From Eledone cirrhosa (lineage: Eukaryota): a stretch of DNA of 64,000 nucleotides. The notes below the pieces were generated by a model. That model made no database searches and was not told where the DNA came from. It was given only the letters and a program-made list of their open reading frames with translations. The stretch is from the NCBI GenBank assembly GCA_964016885.1, contig OZ024743.1, positions 65,286,001 through 65,350,000 on the forward strand, given 5' to 3'. Positions 26,693 through 41,793 of this stretch are shown here, one piece after another (position 1 is the first letter of the stretch; every line of letters starts with the position of its first letter). Made by a program: the position numbers and the translations under genes.

Positions 26693-26880
26693 AATTGTTT
26701 CTACTTTTGGAACAAGGCCAGCAATTACCCAGTGCATTACTGGTACTTTATTTTATCGATCCCGTAAGGATGAAGAGCAAAGTTAACCTCGGCGGGATTT
26801 GAACTCAGAATGGCAAGGGCCGTAACTCTATGCGTCAAAGCATGGGTCCAACCCTCTACCGATACTGCCAATCCACCAAT
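26693..26880 (-). mobile_element. Family-1 SINE
   Basis: Complete reverse-complement SINE motifs. Confidence 0.85.
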
Positions 26881-26959
26881 AATGATAATGAAAACAATAA
26901 CAGTAATATTTTCGGGTTTAGGCTCATTTATAAGTATGTGCTGACCGGTGTGGATGTAT

Positions 26960-28375
26960 GCGTTAACGAAAATATAGTGTATGAGAATTATATGCTGAGC
27001 ACTAACTTCAGGATAGGTAATTTAGCTAAGTTAGATGCAGTGAGTTTGTCTGAGTGGTTGGGAGTTGTGGAATAGGATATTTTAATTGTGTTTCTATTAG
27101 ATATCTTGTGATATTTGTGTGGTATTAGGAAATGCTTCCTAATTAAAGTAAGGACAGATTTAGCTAGTGGTGTGGTCACATCCATATTATATGATGGCTT
27201 ATACCATATAATGGGTCTAGATCTATTTTTCTTTTAGTTTTTAAAGATCGTATTTAGTGCATTCTACCTTATCTAGAAATCCGTTCCGTGCTAGAGCTTC
27301 ATTGTAATATATGGTAAAATCGGTGAATATATGCTCGTTAGCTGATAAACGAAAAAAAACATAAAGACTTTTTTGTCCAAATTTTTAGTTTTGCTGGCTG
27401 GCTGGCTGGTTAGAATGCTTACTACTGTAGTTTAACGTATATGTGGATAATATAGGCCGTTCGACATATTGAGTGTCACATCGAGGAAATTCACGACAGA
27501 CAGATTGGCATCAAGTTGAATGGAAAGGTTGAAACTTTCTAAACATTTCAATAGCCCAGAGTCTGCATTTAGTCATAGTCAAAAGACCATCATCACGTTA
27601 CATGTCACCACTTACATAATGGAATTCATCCAAGATGGAAAAGAATAAAAAATATACCAATAAGGTGTGTGACCTCCACCGAATCACTGGCACCCATTCT
27701 CATGTCGAAGTGGGTACTATTTGATTTTTAAAGCCAAATAGAGTTGTCGAAATCCATCACAGACTGACGAGCATTTAAGACGACATCAACCTCAAATCTG
27801 TAATCTCTGTGAGCGTTTTGGCGAAATTAATAGCTCTAAGATGTTGTAAGGTGATGGATGAATAGTAGTTGTTGATGTCGAATTGGATAAAACGGCAGTG
27901 TTCCTTGTTACATATGGCCTTGAACCAATCACTCCCCGCAAAAAGAATTATTCCACAAGGCAAAAGGGACCATGTATCTGTAATTTTGGGTATAATCCTA
28001 TCGAAAATTCTTTTACGAAACTTACCTAAATCAGACTTAGTTGGGTTAATGAGCCGAATAGATGGGTTGTTATTGATCCTTCACAGTTAAATGAGGTGTA
28101 CTAGGGTTCAAAGATTCAGTCCGGTCCTCGATATTAAGTTCCTAAAAGATTTTTAAACCAGCGTCGTTGATGACGTTAATAACATTCCGATCAGTTTTCC
28201 GGCAATCTCTGGTCACATCAGTATATAACGATTGATGGTAAACACTCCTCACGATTTGGTATGGCTTACCGGTTTTATCGGAGTGAACATGCACTTCATT
28301 AGCAGCCTTTATCCGCCGCATTTTATTCAAATGCTGTTGGAAGGAGTTGCTTCTCTTTCGAAATTTGGTACTCCA
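26960..28375 (-). mobile_element. Decayed Penelope-like element, RT and thumb region
   Basis: Minus-strand fragments NNPSIRLINPTKSDLGK, FIQFDINNYYSSIT, RDDG, VVNFLDVTLN, KHFLIPHKYHKISNRNTIKISYSTTPN. Confidence 0.8.
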
Positions 28376-28379
28376 TATG

Positions 28380-28468
<89 letters not shown>

Positions 28469-29034
28469 ACATACACCCCCCCACACACACAGATATACTA
28501 ATTCTTTATAATTATCTCCAAATTATTTTGTTGAGCAAAAATTTGCCAAAACTGCTACTATAGTTCATAGTAATAGTTCGGCTACTGTCTTCTTAACACC
28601 CCACTCCTCACTGATTAACCTCGATGTCACGTGATTGATTCTTTTGAATTTGCCACCGACCAAGTAGGCAGTGATTTTTTTCAATGTCTTGGAATTGAGT
28701 CCACGCTTGCTTTTTTCCATCCACTGAATTATTTTTGTATAAGTTCCCTGTGTCCACGCATCGCCTGGGAAATTAGCTGAGAATAGACTTCCTGATGACG
28801 AAAGGCTTTCTCCATGGGTTCCATTCGGAAAGCATGTTTATTCCCTTTCAGAAACTAATTAGTTGGAGTGAAATTTTAGTAAGTAAGTTAATTTTTATAA
28901 TTTTCTTATTTTACGTCTTTCATATAATTGTTCTGCATCCCCTTGCATTGAACCACAAAGTTACTAAGACAAAACCTATATATTTGGTAGCATAGGTATG
29001 CATCTGTATATATATGTTGGTAGATATACTAATT

Positions 29035-29097
<63 letters not shown>

Positions 29098-29120
29098 AGA
29101 ATATATATATATATACAAGA

Positions 29121-29159
<39 letters not shown>

Positions 29160-29169
29160 TATATACAAG

Positions 29170-29222
<53 letters not shown>

Positions 29223-29462
29223 TATATGGGGTGCGTGAAATCAGAAATTCCATCGTTGTTGCAGTGTTGGATCTCATTGGTGAAAGCTTCTTCACCAATG
29301 AGATCCAAGCAACAGCGATGGAAGAGGTATGTGAACCAGAAGGGAGACCATGTTGAAAAAAAACCCTCATTTGATCACAACCCATGAGAGTATCTTGGTC
29401 AGCCTATGAACCTTTCAGCCAACCGTCGTATTCATAGATACATACATATATATATATATATA

Positions 29463-29962
29463 TGGTGGCTGCCAACTCGTTTTCGAGTACGGCCACTACT
29501 TTATATCCATGTAGGAGAACCCCTACCGATGCGCTGAACGAGTGTGACTCTTTAGTCCAGCCAGCGACTTGAAAACTCTATTATATAACACCTGCATGAT
29601 ATAACTCTATGATATAACACCTGCAACCCTGATGGTATCCAATGATATTGACTTGTTCTTCTTTCTGGTAAATATCATCTTGGTTAAGAGAGTGGGACTG
29701 GCTTTGTGCAGTGCCTTTGCTCACTATAAAAGCTTCATGGCACATGCATTGCTTTATATCTGGAGATCTCTCTGCACTTGTCGTCACATGGTACCATGGG
29801 CCCAACACTGTGTCAATAATTGTCACAGGTGTCGTGTTTGTACCAGAGTTTTCAAGTCACTGGCTGGACTAAAAAGTCACACTCGTTCAGGGCATCAGTA
29901 GGGGTTCTCCTACATGGATATAAAGTAGTGGCCGTACTCGAAAACGAGTTGGCAGCCACCAT
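29463..29962. mobile_element. RTE-like LINE 3' end present in both orientations (~117-bp inverted termini)
   Basis: The plus copy encodes CRVCTRVFKSLAGLKSH plus 3' UTR. 29463-29579 is the reverse complement of 29846-29962. Confidence 0.7.
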
Positions 29963-29997
29963 GTGTGTGTGTATGTATGTATGTATGTATGTATGTA

Positions 29998-30028
<31 letters not shown>

Positions 30029-30237
30029 GTGTGTGTGTATGTATGTATGTGTGTGTGTATGTATGTATGTGTGTGTGTATGTATCTATGTGTGTATGTAT
30101 GTGTGTGTGTATCAGTATGTATATGTGTGTGTGTATGTATGTATGTGTGTGTGTGTATGTATGTATGTATGTATGTATGTATGTATGTGTGTGTGTATGT
30201 ATGTATGTATGTATGTATGTGTGTGTGTGTGTATGTA

Positions 30238-30270
<33 letters not shown>

Positions 30271-30343
30271 GTGTGTGTCTGTGTGTATCTGTATGTACAT
30301 GGGTGTGTGTATGTATGTGTGTGTGTATGTATGTATGTATGTA

Positions 30344-30380
<37 letters not shown>

Positions 30381-30700
30381 GTGTGTGTGTGTATGTATGT
30401 ATATGGGTGTGTGTATGTATGTGTGTGTATGTATGTATGTGTGTGTGTGTGTGTATGTATGTATGTGTGTGTGTATCTTTATGTATATGTGTGTGTGTAT
30501 GTATGTGTGTGTATGTATGTATGTATGTATCTGTGTATGTATGTATGTATGTATGTGTGTGTGTGTGTATGTATGTGTGTGTATCTGTATGTATATGTGT
30601 GTGTGTATGTATGTATGTATGTGTATGTATGTATGTGTGTGTGTATGTATGTATGTATGTGTGTGTGTATCTGTATGTATATGTGTATGTGTATGTGTGT
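29962..30700. repeat. (TG)n/(TATG)n compound microsatellite
   Basis: Direct inspection. Confidence 0.95.
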
Positions 30701-30952
30701 ATCCTATCCAGCTTTCTCCAACAGACTTATTACAGCTAATCACTGCTTACAGAATTTAGATATACTTTAGATGACGTCATCAGGATTGCCGACTGAGAAC
30801 TACTGCTGCTGCTGATGATGATGATGATAATCATAATGAATGATGGATATTGATTATTTGATAATGATGATAGTGATGATGATGACGACTGTGCTGCTGG
30901 TGGTGGTGGTGGTGGTGGTTGTGAAGGTGATAATGATGATGACGATGATGAT

Positions 30953-31337
30953 AATTGTTTCTACTTTAGGCACAAGGCCAGCAATTACCCCAGTGCATTA
31001 CTGGTACTTTATTTTATCGACCCCGTAAGGATGAAAGGCAAAGTCAACCTCGGCGGGATTTGAACTCAGATCGTAAAGGGACGTAACTATGCTGGAAAGC
31101 ATGGCGTCCGACCCTCTACCGATACTGCCATTGTTTCTGATATAGGCACAGGGTTAAGACTAAGAGTTTTGGAGGAGGGGTAAGTCGATTAAATCGACCC
31201 CAGTACGTTACTGGTACTTTATTTTATCAACTCCGTAATGACGAAAGGAAAAGCTAACCTCGGCGCGATTTGAACTCAGATCTATGCCGCGAAACATAGC
31301 GTCCGACGCTCTACCGATACTGCCAATCCACCGCCCT
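30953..31337 (-). mobile_element. Two tandem family-1 SINEs
   Basis: SINE motifs occur twice. Confidence 0.85.
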
Positions 31338-31769
31338 GCTGATGATAATAATTATGATAATTATAATAATTCTTTTTTGCTTTTTTGTTGTAACTACTGT
31401 TGTTATGTAACCCATGATCAGCTTTGATCAGTCCAACATTACAAGCCCTAATCTCTTCTTCAGGCCAACGAGGCAATTCTGGATTCGGGCCCGGTTGTTG
31501 ACGCTGAATCAATGGCAATAAGCTGGACCATACAGAGCAGAAAGTCCAGTTATCACACCTACGGCAACAAAAGCTATTCGAGGCTTTCTGCCATGAAGAG
31601 CTGAAAAACGGAAGGACACTGCAGCAATAGCACTGGGGTCGATTTAATCGACTTTCTCCTCTCCTGAAATTGTTGGCCTTGTGCCTAAATAAGGAACCAT
31701 TATCACTCTGTCACACAATGCAAATGGATAATACACCAGGGTATTTAGTAATCAGTCAATTCACAACCT

Positions 31770-33465
31770 GTATCGTATTTCCAGTCACTTTAAGAAGTCT
31801 TTAAGTTTTAATGGGATTGACCCTAATGTCTCCATGATCACAACTGGTATCACTTTCACATTACCTCTCTCATTTCAAATAGTCTTGACAGCTCCACTTT
31901 CAATTCAGAGTATTTGGTGATGTTTTCAATCTCCTTACTCGCAATATTCGTGTCATTTGGTATGACAATGTCAATGATCTGAATGTATTTGTTTTTCTTG
32001 TTCAACATGTCAATTTCCAGTCAGGGATGCTCAATTACTCTATCAGTTTGAAAATCATAATCCCAGAATATCGTTGCTTTCCCATCCTCCTACATTACTT
32101 TACAAGACATGCTGACACCAATTCTGTATGACTTCATATTGGTATTTACGACCCAGAAACCAACGAAGGTATAGACAGACTTTATCATGGCGGCACTTGT
32201 ATTCTTTTTACGCAAGGCTCTCACATCTACTTACTAGGTGGACCGCATTGTCCACATTCTTTCCTGTATTTCTGGGTGTCAGAGGTTTTGTAGATGTTAT
32301 ATTTCATCCAATTAATAGCAAGAGCATAGCCCTGTACTGCAACTATAAGGCCCTTCAATGGTACGCTTCAAACCTCCTTGGTTAAGCCATGTACACGATA
32401 TTGTTTTATCCTTGATATCCTGTGCATTTCTCTCAAACTAACCATGCATGCTCATTTCTAGAAGATTTTTTCTTTTCTCTTCTGTTTTTGGTTAAACTCT
32501 TCGCCACTGTTTATCAAATATTCTACAAGTGTTCTCCTTCCACTCCTTATACAATGATCCATATTGAAGAGGCCTCTACACCATTCTTTCTCTTCATGTA
32601 TAGTTTATTAATATTTTCTCTAGGGTATAAACCTCCGTTCAATGATATTAATTTTTTCGTTTTTCTATCCAATTTTGATATTTCTTCTTCAGTCCGACTG
32701 AGAATGGACACACTATATCTAACTACTGAAATTGCTCAGATATTCATTGCTGTGACCAGATTTCTTGCATTCAAGTTGAATTTTAAAATCATTTTTAATC
32801 GTTATATTAGTCTCTAACCTTTTCTTTCATTTCTGCGTGCAAAATATCATCTAGCTCTAAGATCCCCAAATATTTATAGCCACTGTCTTCTGGTTCTTCC
32901 ATGGTTTCTCCCGCTGTCAGCCAGAATCCACTACAGGCTGCTTTCTTCCCTCTTTTCATGTTGAGTACAGAGCATTTGGAAATCCCAAATTTTATACCAA
33001 TGTCACTGCTATATATCTGAACTATTTTAATGAACGAGTCTATTTGGTTTTCAGATTTCCCAAACAGTTTCTGGTCATCCACAAACAGAAGGTGGGTTAT
33101 GAATGACCCTTGCTTTCCAAATTGGTAACCCATTTTTAGTATTCTGGGTGTGTGTTATCAGTGCTATAACAATAGTAACAGTGAGACTGAGTCTCCCTGG
33201 AAGATACCTCTTTTAATTTCTAATTCTGCCAGAAAGATGTGGCTTGAGTATAATTTGGTTTTCTACTCTGATATAAAATTTGCGATGTCAGCAATACCAA
33301 ACATCCTCAGACATTCACCAATCCATATCATATGACTTCTTAAAGTTTATCTAGGCTATAGACATGTTTGTGTGATGTTTCATACAATGCCTCAAAACTG
33401 TCTTATCAGTAACCAGGTGATCCTTGGTACCCTGGCTCTTCTGCCTACATCCTTTTGTTCCCTTC
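31770..33465 (-). mobile_element. Decayed R4/Dong-like non-LTR retrotransposon (family C)
   Basis: GIFQGDSVS, ITHLLFVDDQKLFGK, FGISKC, YKYLGILE (ORF 32807..33133), with WDYDFQTD and IIDIVIP (RLE) downstream. Confidence 0.8.
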
Positions 33466-33830
33466 GGCAGAGCGTCAGACAACATACTTTATGTTCTGAG
33501 TTCGAATCCCGCCGAGGTTAGCTTTGCCTTTCATCCTTAGGGGGTCAATAAAATAAAGTATCAGTCATGCACTGGGTCGATTTAATCGATTTTCCCCTTC
33601 TCCAAATTTGCTGACCTTGTGCCTATATAAGAAACAATTATTATTATTTGCTGTATCGGTAGAAGTTCGGAAGCCATACTTTGCAGCATAGAGTTACGGC
33701 CCTTTATGATCTGAGTTCAAGTTCTGCCGAGGTTAACTTTGCCTTTCATCTTAACGGGGTCGATAAAATAAAGCACTAGTAATACACTGGTATAATTGCT
33801 GGCCTTGTGCCAAAAGTAGAAACAATTATT
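33465..33830 (+). mobile_element. Two tandem family-1 SINEs
   Basis: B-box GAGTTCGAATCC, central domain and (ATT)n tails. Confidence 0.85.
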
Positions 33831-33874
33831 ATTTGCTGTTGTTGTTGTTGTTTTTGTTGTTGCTGCTGTTTCCT

Positions 33875-33906
<32 letters not shown>

Positions 33907-33987
33907 ACTTTTCTCTTAATCCTCTTATCTATTTTCTATGTCAACTATATACAGTTTAGCTGGTGACATCTCGTCGCTTGTGTAATC

Positions 33988-34957
33988 CGTGTAGTGGTGG
34001 TGTAGTGGGAGTGTAGTGGTGGTGGTGTAGTGGGGGTGTAGTGGTGGTGGTGGTGTAGTGGTGGTGGTGGTGGTGTAGTGGTGGTGTAGTGGTGTTGGTG
34101 GTGGTGGTGTAGTGATGGTAGTGTAGTGGTGGTGGTGTAGTGGGGGTGTAGTGGTGGTGGTGTAGTGGGGGTGTAGTGGTGGTGGTGGTGTGGTGGTGGT
34201 GGTGGTGTTAGTGGTGGTGTAGTGGTGTTGGTGGTGGTGGTGTAGTGATGGTAGTGTAGTGGTGGTGGTGTAGTGGGGGTGTAGTGGTGGTGGTGTAGTG
34301 GTGGTGTAGTGGTGTTAGTGGTGGTGGTGTAGTGATGGTAGTGTAGTGGTGGTGGTGTAGTGGGAGTGTAGTGGTGGTGGTGTAGTGGGGGTGTAGTGGT
34401 GGTAGTGGTGTAGTGGTGGTGGTGGTGGTGGTGGTGTAGTGGTGGTGTAGTGGTGTTGGTGGTGTAGTGATGGTAGTGTAGTGGTGGTGGTGTAGTGGGG
34501 GTGTAGTGGTGGTGGTGTAGTGGGGGTGTAGTGGTGGTGGTGGTGTAGTGGTGGTGGTGGTGGTGTAGTGGTGGTGTAGTGGTGTTGGTGGTGGTGGTGT
34601 AGTGATGGTAGTGTAGTGGTGGTGGTGTAGTGGTGGTGGTGTAGTGGTGGTGGTGGTGTAGTGGTGGTGGTGTAGTGGTGGTGTTGTGGTGTTGGTGGTG
34701 GTGGTGTAGTGATGGTAGTGTAGTGGTGGTGGTCTAGTGGTGGTGGTGTAGTGGTGGTGGTAGTGTAGTGGTGGTGGTAGAGTAATGGTGGTGGTGGTGT
34801 AGGTGTGAGGATGGTGGTAGTGTAGTGGTGGTGGTGGTGTAGTGATGGTGGTGTAGTGGTGGAGGTTGTAGTGTAGTGCTGGTAGTGTACTGATGGTGGT
34901 TGTGGTGTAGTGGTGGTGTAGGTGTGGGGATGGTGGTAGTGTAATGGTGGTGGTGGA
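33988..34957. repeat. Low-complexity (GTG/GTA)n array
   Basis: GTGTAGTGGTGGTG units with internally duplicated blocks. Confidence 0.9.
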
Positions 34958-35722
34958 AGGAATTAGGTAATGATCAACGGATCAATGATAATGATTATTA
35001 TTATTATTGTTGTTGCTGTTGTTGTTGCTGCTGTTGGTATTGTTGTTGTTGTTATATATATATATATATATATATATGCATATTTATGTTTTGTAGTTCA
35101 CCAATGGAAAGAACTGGCCGTTTAGTTAATCATGATGTAATAGTAGGAAAAGCACTCTACGTTATGTAAATCATCCATAGTTGATGTTGAATCCCGTGAC
35201 TGGTAGGAGTTAAGTATTAATTTGATCAAAACAACCGGAGGTTGGACTGGCCTTATCCCTCTAAAGTTTTATTATTTAAAAGGTTATCACCAGTCCAGCC
35301 TCCTGTTATTTTAATCAAATTAATATTGTACATAATCACGTGACGGCCACCAACAAATAAAATGGCAGATAGCAATTTTGAGCCACTTTTTCTAATCACG
35401 TGACTGACATCAACCAGCAAAATTCCATTTTGAACAAATAACAATCAGAGCTACCTTTTTGTATAAATCAGAAAGAATTTTCTAACTCCAGTTAGATGCG
35501 AGACACCATAACAGAAACAATTTGGAACCAGTTTGAAACCAGTTTAGAACCAGTTTGGAACTGGTTAGACCATTACTCTATAGAGTACTCGATACTTGGG
35601 GTAGTAGAGTATGTATATATTATAAAAAGTCGGACCTCCGACGGCTGAGCTCTTGCCGTTTCAACATCTAATTCCAGACTCTTTATAATCTACCTATCTA
35701 TCTATGACTCCCCCTCTCTCTC

Positions 35723-36345
<623 letters not shown>

Positions 36346-36349
36346 ATAT

Positions 36350-37040
36350 CATTATCATCGTCATCATCGTTTAACGTCCATCTTCCACGCTAGCATGGGT
36401 TAGACAGTTTTGTTCCATTTGATGCGGGAATGGTCGGGAGACCATCTCTCGCTCGCACGGAAGCGTCTGTGGCAGGGTTTTTACAGCTGGATGCCCTTCC
36501 TAACACCAACCACATTTACAGTGTGGACTGGGAGCCTTTTCACTTGTCTCCTACACGACCACCTTACAGAGTGGACTGTTGTGTCATCGACACAGTGGAC
36601 GGAACGGGAGAAGGAGGGTGGGGTTGGGTGTGCCGGTGAGGTGTACATTGAGTTAAGAGGTGCCTACTGACTGTAGGTTTGTATGCAATGGTAGTCGGGT
36701 CTTCTGTACAACTGCATGCCGCCAAAGGTCTTAATCCAGTGTCATTGTCTTAGAGAGGTGTAGGTTGGCAAGGTCAGCTTTTATCAAATCGTCCTAGGTT
36801 TTTCTTGGTCAACCCACTCCGCAGCTTCCATCAATTTTCATTGCCCTGCACTTTTTTTATACAGATGCATATAGCTGTCGTCCTTCATATGCATCACATG
36901 TCCATACCAATGCAAGCTCCTCTCCAGAACACAACATCTGATACCTCTTATGCTTAGTCTCCCTCTTAGTTCGTTTATGCTCTTTGTCTTTCGCGCACGT
37001 TACTATTACACATCCATCATTTCTTTCTAATCTACGCAGG
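36350..37040 (-). mobile_element. Decayed RTE-type LINE 3' fragment
   Basis: Minus-strand LSIRGIRCCVLERSLHWYGHVMHM; (GAT)n-like tail at ~36350-36370. Confidence 0.6.
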
Positions 37041-37500
37041 TTTTCTCACATCTGAGAGATGTGAGAAAAACCACAAACCTTCCATCTCAACTCTACTTTT
37101 GAAAAGCAGAAGAACTGCGAAACCGGTAAAGGAACCAAATAAATATATATATTTTTTAAAAAAATAAGACCCCAGTTGCATTTTCGATTTCATCTTTTTT
37201 TCTTTATATATATATATATATATATATACTGTATACGTAACAGTGACAGCCGGAATGTATCTGGATCAGCTCTAACGAAATGCTAAAGAACAATATCAGC
37301 CGGTGTATTAGTCGACCAACCACCGTCTTCGTTGATATAAACTATATAGTAAGAATCACTGCATGTTAACCAGCAACAAGTGTTAAGCCCGGAAACGGAT
37401 ATGCGACGTAAACGAGGAAAACGGAAATAAAGAGGAGAAAAAGAAAAAAAAAATGAAAGAAAAAAGAGAAAAAGAGAATGATGAAAAGAAAGAATTATAT

Positions 37501-37549
<49 letters not shown>

Positions 37550-37790
37550 GGATATATATATATATATATAAATATTTATGCATACACACACATATATATA
37601 TATATATATAATATGTATATATGTGTGTATGTGTGTATGCGCGTGTGATTGGGTATATATATATATATATATATTACTTTTTTCTTTTCGTCTTTCTCTT
37701 TCATTTTTCTTATGTATACATTCATACCGACACGAACGCACAAACACACACACACACATACACACCAAACACACACACACACACACCAAA

Positions 37791-37891
<101 letters not shown>

Positions 37892-38209
37892 AGAATTAAG
37901 AAACAACATCAATATTGAAACCTAACTAAAAAACCTAAAAAGCTACCGTTAATATCTGAAGTATATCCGTTATAATATGGTTTTGTAAACTAAAATGTTC
38001 GCCAGGTCGAGGTCGTTAAAACCAGTTGTTTTCTTCTATTATGTTGCCTTGTGTCTTTGCAAGAAAACCCTGTTGGTTCCTAATATATTTGTATAAAGAA
38101 TTGAAATGCTGGAGAAGAGCATATCAATTTCTTCTTTATTTTAGTATAGTAATTTAAATTATTTTATTAAGTTTTCATAATTAATTATGTTAATATATAT
38201 TATATAAAT

Positions 38210-38397
38210 AATTGTTTCTTCTTTTGGCACAAGGCCAGCAATTACCCAGTGTATTACTGGTACTTTATTTTATCGACTTCGTAAGGATGAAAGGCAAAGT
38301 TAACCTCGGCGGGATTTGAACTCAGACCGTTAAGGGCCATAACTCAATACTACAAAGCATGGCGTCCGACCCGCTACCGATACTGCCAATCCACTAA
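38210..38397 (-). mobile_element. Family-1 SINE with 12-bp TSD
   Basis: TATATAAATAAT at 38201-38212 and 38398-38409. Confidence 0.85.
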
Positions 38398-39141
38398 TAT
38401 ATAAATAATGATAAAAAGTGGGGTAAGGAATAAAGAAGGGCAAATCAGTCAGTATAGGAAAGTAGAGGAAAGGACTATAAATACCATAAATGAGAAGAAC
38501 AGGAGGTAAAAAGCTAGGTCTCTTTGGCTACGGAAGAAAGAAAGAGGAAAGGGGGGGGGGGGGTGTGACAGACTCTACACCTAGGTCGGGGCAGTGTTTC
38601 GGTTACGCCCCACGGACAAAACTGTAGAGGCATTTCCGCGGACAATGGCTTGCGACATCCGCTGCAACAGCCACACCACCTGGCGGGGCTCCTTCCTCAG
38701 ACGGCCTACTGACGGTCCCGATTGTAGGTAGTCGATTTCAGAGAGTCGTTACAGCGCTGGATTTCAGGCGAATTTGCAGAGTCGCTTGGGCGTCGCATAA
38801 AAAATGCCTCGGTATCTGTTTTGGCTCACTGCACTCTGAATTCAAATAAAATGTACCAGTCCTGTACTGAAGGTAGATTCTTCCTCTATATCTCTTTCTC
38901 AACTCCTCCCTATCACTGTGAGATAGGCTGTGTTCTGACTTGGAGAGGGATGGACTCCACCAGGTTTTAAAAAATACCCCAGACACATCGTAAGTCTACG
39001 ACACCATCAGGAATTATGTATCAATATAATACAAATGTATTTATTAATTAATTTATTTGTTGTTCTTCTTCTTCTTTGAAGTGGAGGATACTCGTTCGGC
39101 CGTCGCTTTCTCTCTATTTCTTTAAATGTCTATGTCTTGCT

Positions 39142-39229
<88 letters not shown>

Positions 39230-39572
39230 GAAAAAAGAAAAATAGAGGGAAAACAGGCAACAAAAGAATAAAAAATAAGAAAGAACTGGAAAACAAGGAC
39301 AGTTAAAAAACTGCTAAATGGTAAGGGATATACCATCATGTAGGTTCTCGATAGGATTTGAAATCAGAATGTAAAGAGCCGTAATTAGAATATTAGTTTC
39401 CACAAGACTACATACACATTTTGTGGGGAAGCAGAAGCAGAGCAAACATACAGGGCGGTAAGCAACACCACAAGGCATTTTGACTGATCTCTCATGATTT
39501 AGGTAATTCGCCGCCTTGATAAAAAAATGGAAGTGGTATCACAGAACACACCGCCAAACACACAGACACACA

Positions 39573-39609
<37 letters not shown>

Positions 39610-40145
39610 ACACACAGACACACAGACACACATACACACATACACACACATACACACACATACACACAGACACATACATACACATATACACACCGCCATA
39701 CACACATACACACACACACACATACACACACATACACACACACCCACCCACCCAAACACATACACGCTCACCCACCCAAACACACACAACCCTCCACGCA
39801 TACACATACCCCCCCCACACACAGACACACTCTCAGCCCCCCCCCCCACGCACACACCAAGAAACAAAACGAAAAATAAACAAACACCAACAAAACACAA
39901 AAGGAAAAGAAAAAACAACAAAACTTATAATAATATAACATAGGAAAGATACCCCCACCCCGTGTATATCCCCCCAACTCATTACATATCCCTCCCACCA
40001 CGTACACCCCCCTACACTAATTAATCTATTAACCTAGTATTGTAGGATTTCGAGGAGAAAAATGAAAGGAAGAACATATTAACCCTATAACAACATAACT
40101 ATTAAAAGAGCAAATTATATGTCTATGGAGGGGCGTGTATATATG

Positions 40146-40179
<34 letters not shown>

Positions 40180-40221
40180 TGTATGTATGTATGTATGTAT
40201 GTATGTATGTGTGTATGTATA

Positions 40222-41018
40222 ATTTCATAAATTTTTCTCAATAGAGAGAGAGAGTCGGTTTCTAACATAGACACAAGACTCTTTCATTGGAATTTACACA
40301 ACATCAACTAGGTAGATATGTATGCATGTCTACATGCATGTGTAGATATGGATGTTATTTTATGTGTGGATGTGTATGTTTTGAGTTGTATGTGTGCATG
40401 TGTATATGCTTTGTATCTGTACATGTATATATGCTGTTATTAGATGCAAAAGTTTTGGAATGTTTTACATATTTTTACTGTTCCATTAATGGATTGTACT
40501 TGTAATTTCCTAACTAGTTGTGTTCTTTCTGTTCCTGTGAAGCCCAGCTTCTCAAGATTTATATTGAAGCAGTTACTAACATACCCCAGTGCCCCAATAA
40601 TCACAGGCATAAATCTGAAGGTAAAGTCAGGGTGGAGTATTTGCAGATTTCTCATCAGTTCTGCATAAATATTCTCCTTTTCGTTAATCTTTGATATTAT
40701 ATTGGCATCTGCTGGGCAGCTAACTTCCACTACTGTGCATGCTTTCTTTTCCCTGTCCCATATCATTATATCTGGTCTGTTATGACTGAATTTTATTGGG
40801 GTTTTACTGGAACATTCCACCAGTACTCTTTCATATTATGTACATGGATGTCTTCCACATTGCTGTAGCTTTTAATGTGTTTATTATCGGGACTATCTTT
40901 TCTACGGATTGCACAGTGTTTTGGCCACTACATCATGCTTCATAGGTAGATAGTACCGTGATATCTTTGGACAGCTGCTGATGACATGGGTGACATCTTC
41001 GATGTTAATTCTGCAAAA
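40222..41018 (-). mobile_element. R4/Dong-like element family A, second 5'-truncated copy
   Basis: ORF 40440..40820 is highly similar to 17034..17453, with the same 3' UTR. Flanked by (TATG)n. Confidence 0.9.
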
Positions 41019-41164
41019 TGTATGTATGTATGTGTGTATCTATGTACGTACGTATGTATGTACGTATGCATGTATGCATCTGTGTATGTATGTATTTGTG
41101 TATGTATGTATGTGTGCATGTGTGTATGTGTGTGTGTGTATGTATGTGCACACACACATACGCA

Positions 41165-41465
41165 TACTCACTTGCACAAGTATAGCTCTTTTTACATAAG
41201 GTTTTTTTTTCTCATTTCAAGTAGACACGCTCCATCATCCACTTTTCTAAAAAATAAATCATACACAAAACGCCAGCATCAACAGTTTTCCAAGAGATGT
41301 CAACAAGAATGGACCTGTTATATTTATCTAAATACATTTTTTCCAATTCCAACCCGCCCGTCGCTTCAATCTTTCTAATTTCTCATTCTTTCTTCTGATG
41401 AAGGACTAGCGTCCGAAACGTTAATACTCTCTTCCTGCTATTTCAAGCGTTAACCTAATATATCC

Positions 41466-41470
<5 letters not shown>
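41165..41470 (+). mobile_element. Hammerhead-containing short element (same family as 35868-36345)
   Basis: CTGATGAAGGACTAGCGTCCGAAACGTT at 41395-41422. Confidence 0.75.
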
Positions 41471-41516
<46 letters not shown>

Positions 41517-41536
41517 ATATATATATATATATATAT

Positions 41537-41750
41537 GAAGGCGTGTGGCTGAGTTGTTAGGGAATTGGATTCGCAATCGTAAGGTTGTGAGTTCGATTCC
41601 TGGACCAGGCGATGCGTTATGTCCTTGAGCAAGACACTTTATTTCACGTTGCTCCTTCTACCTGGAGTTGCGACCGATAGATAGTATTAGCAATTGGAAA
41701 GACCAACGGAAACATTGTTCCCTCGGTCCGATTTGACGAAAGTCAATCGT
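41537..41750 (+). mobile_element. Family-2 (CORE-like) SINE
   Basis: GAGTTCGATTCC B-box and TGTCCTTGAGCAAGACACTTTA. Confidence 0.85.
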
Positions 41751-41758
41751 TTAAAAAA

Positions 41759-41792
<34 letters not shown>

Positions 41793-41793
41793 T

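Noticed and set aside
35216-35324. 35-bp imperfect hairpin as a pre-miRNA
   Set aside because: The loop is ~40 nt and it resembles the many TE fold-backs here; there is no further evidence.
38926-38995. Candidate exon ending in GTAAGT
   Set aside because: The sequence is homologous to the dispersed repeat at 24085-24150 and 44590-44660.
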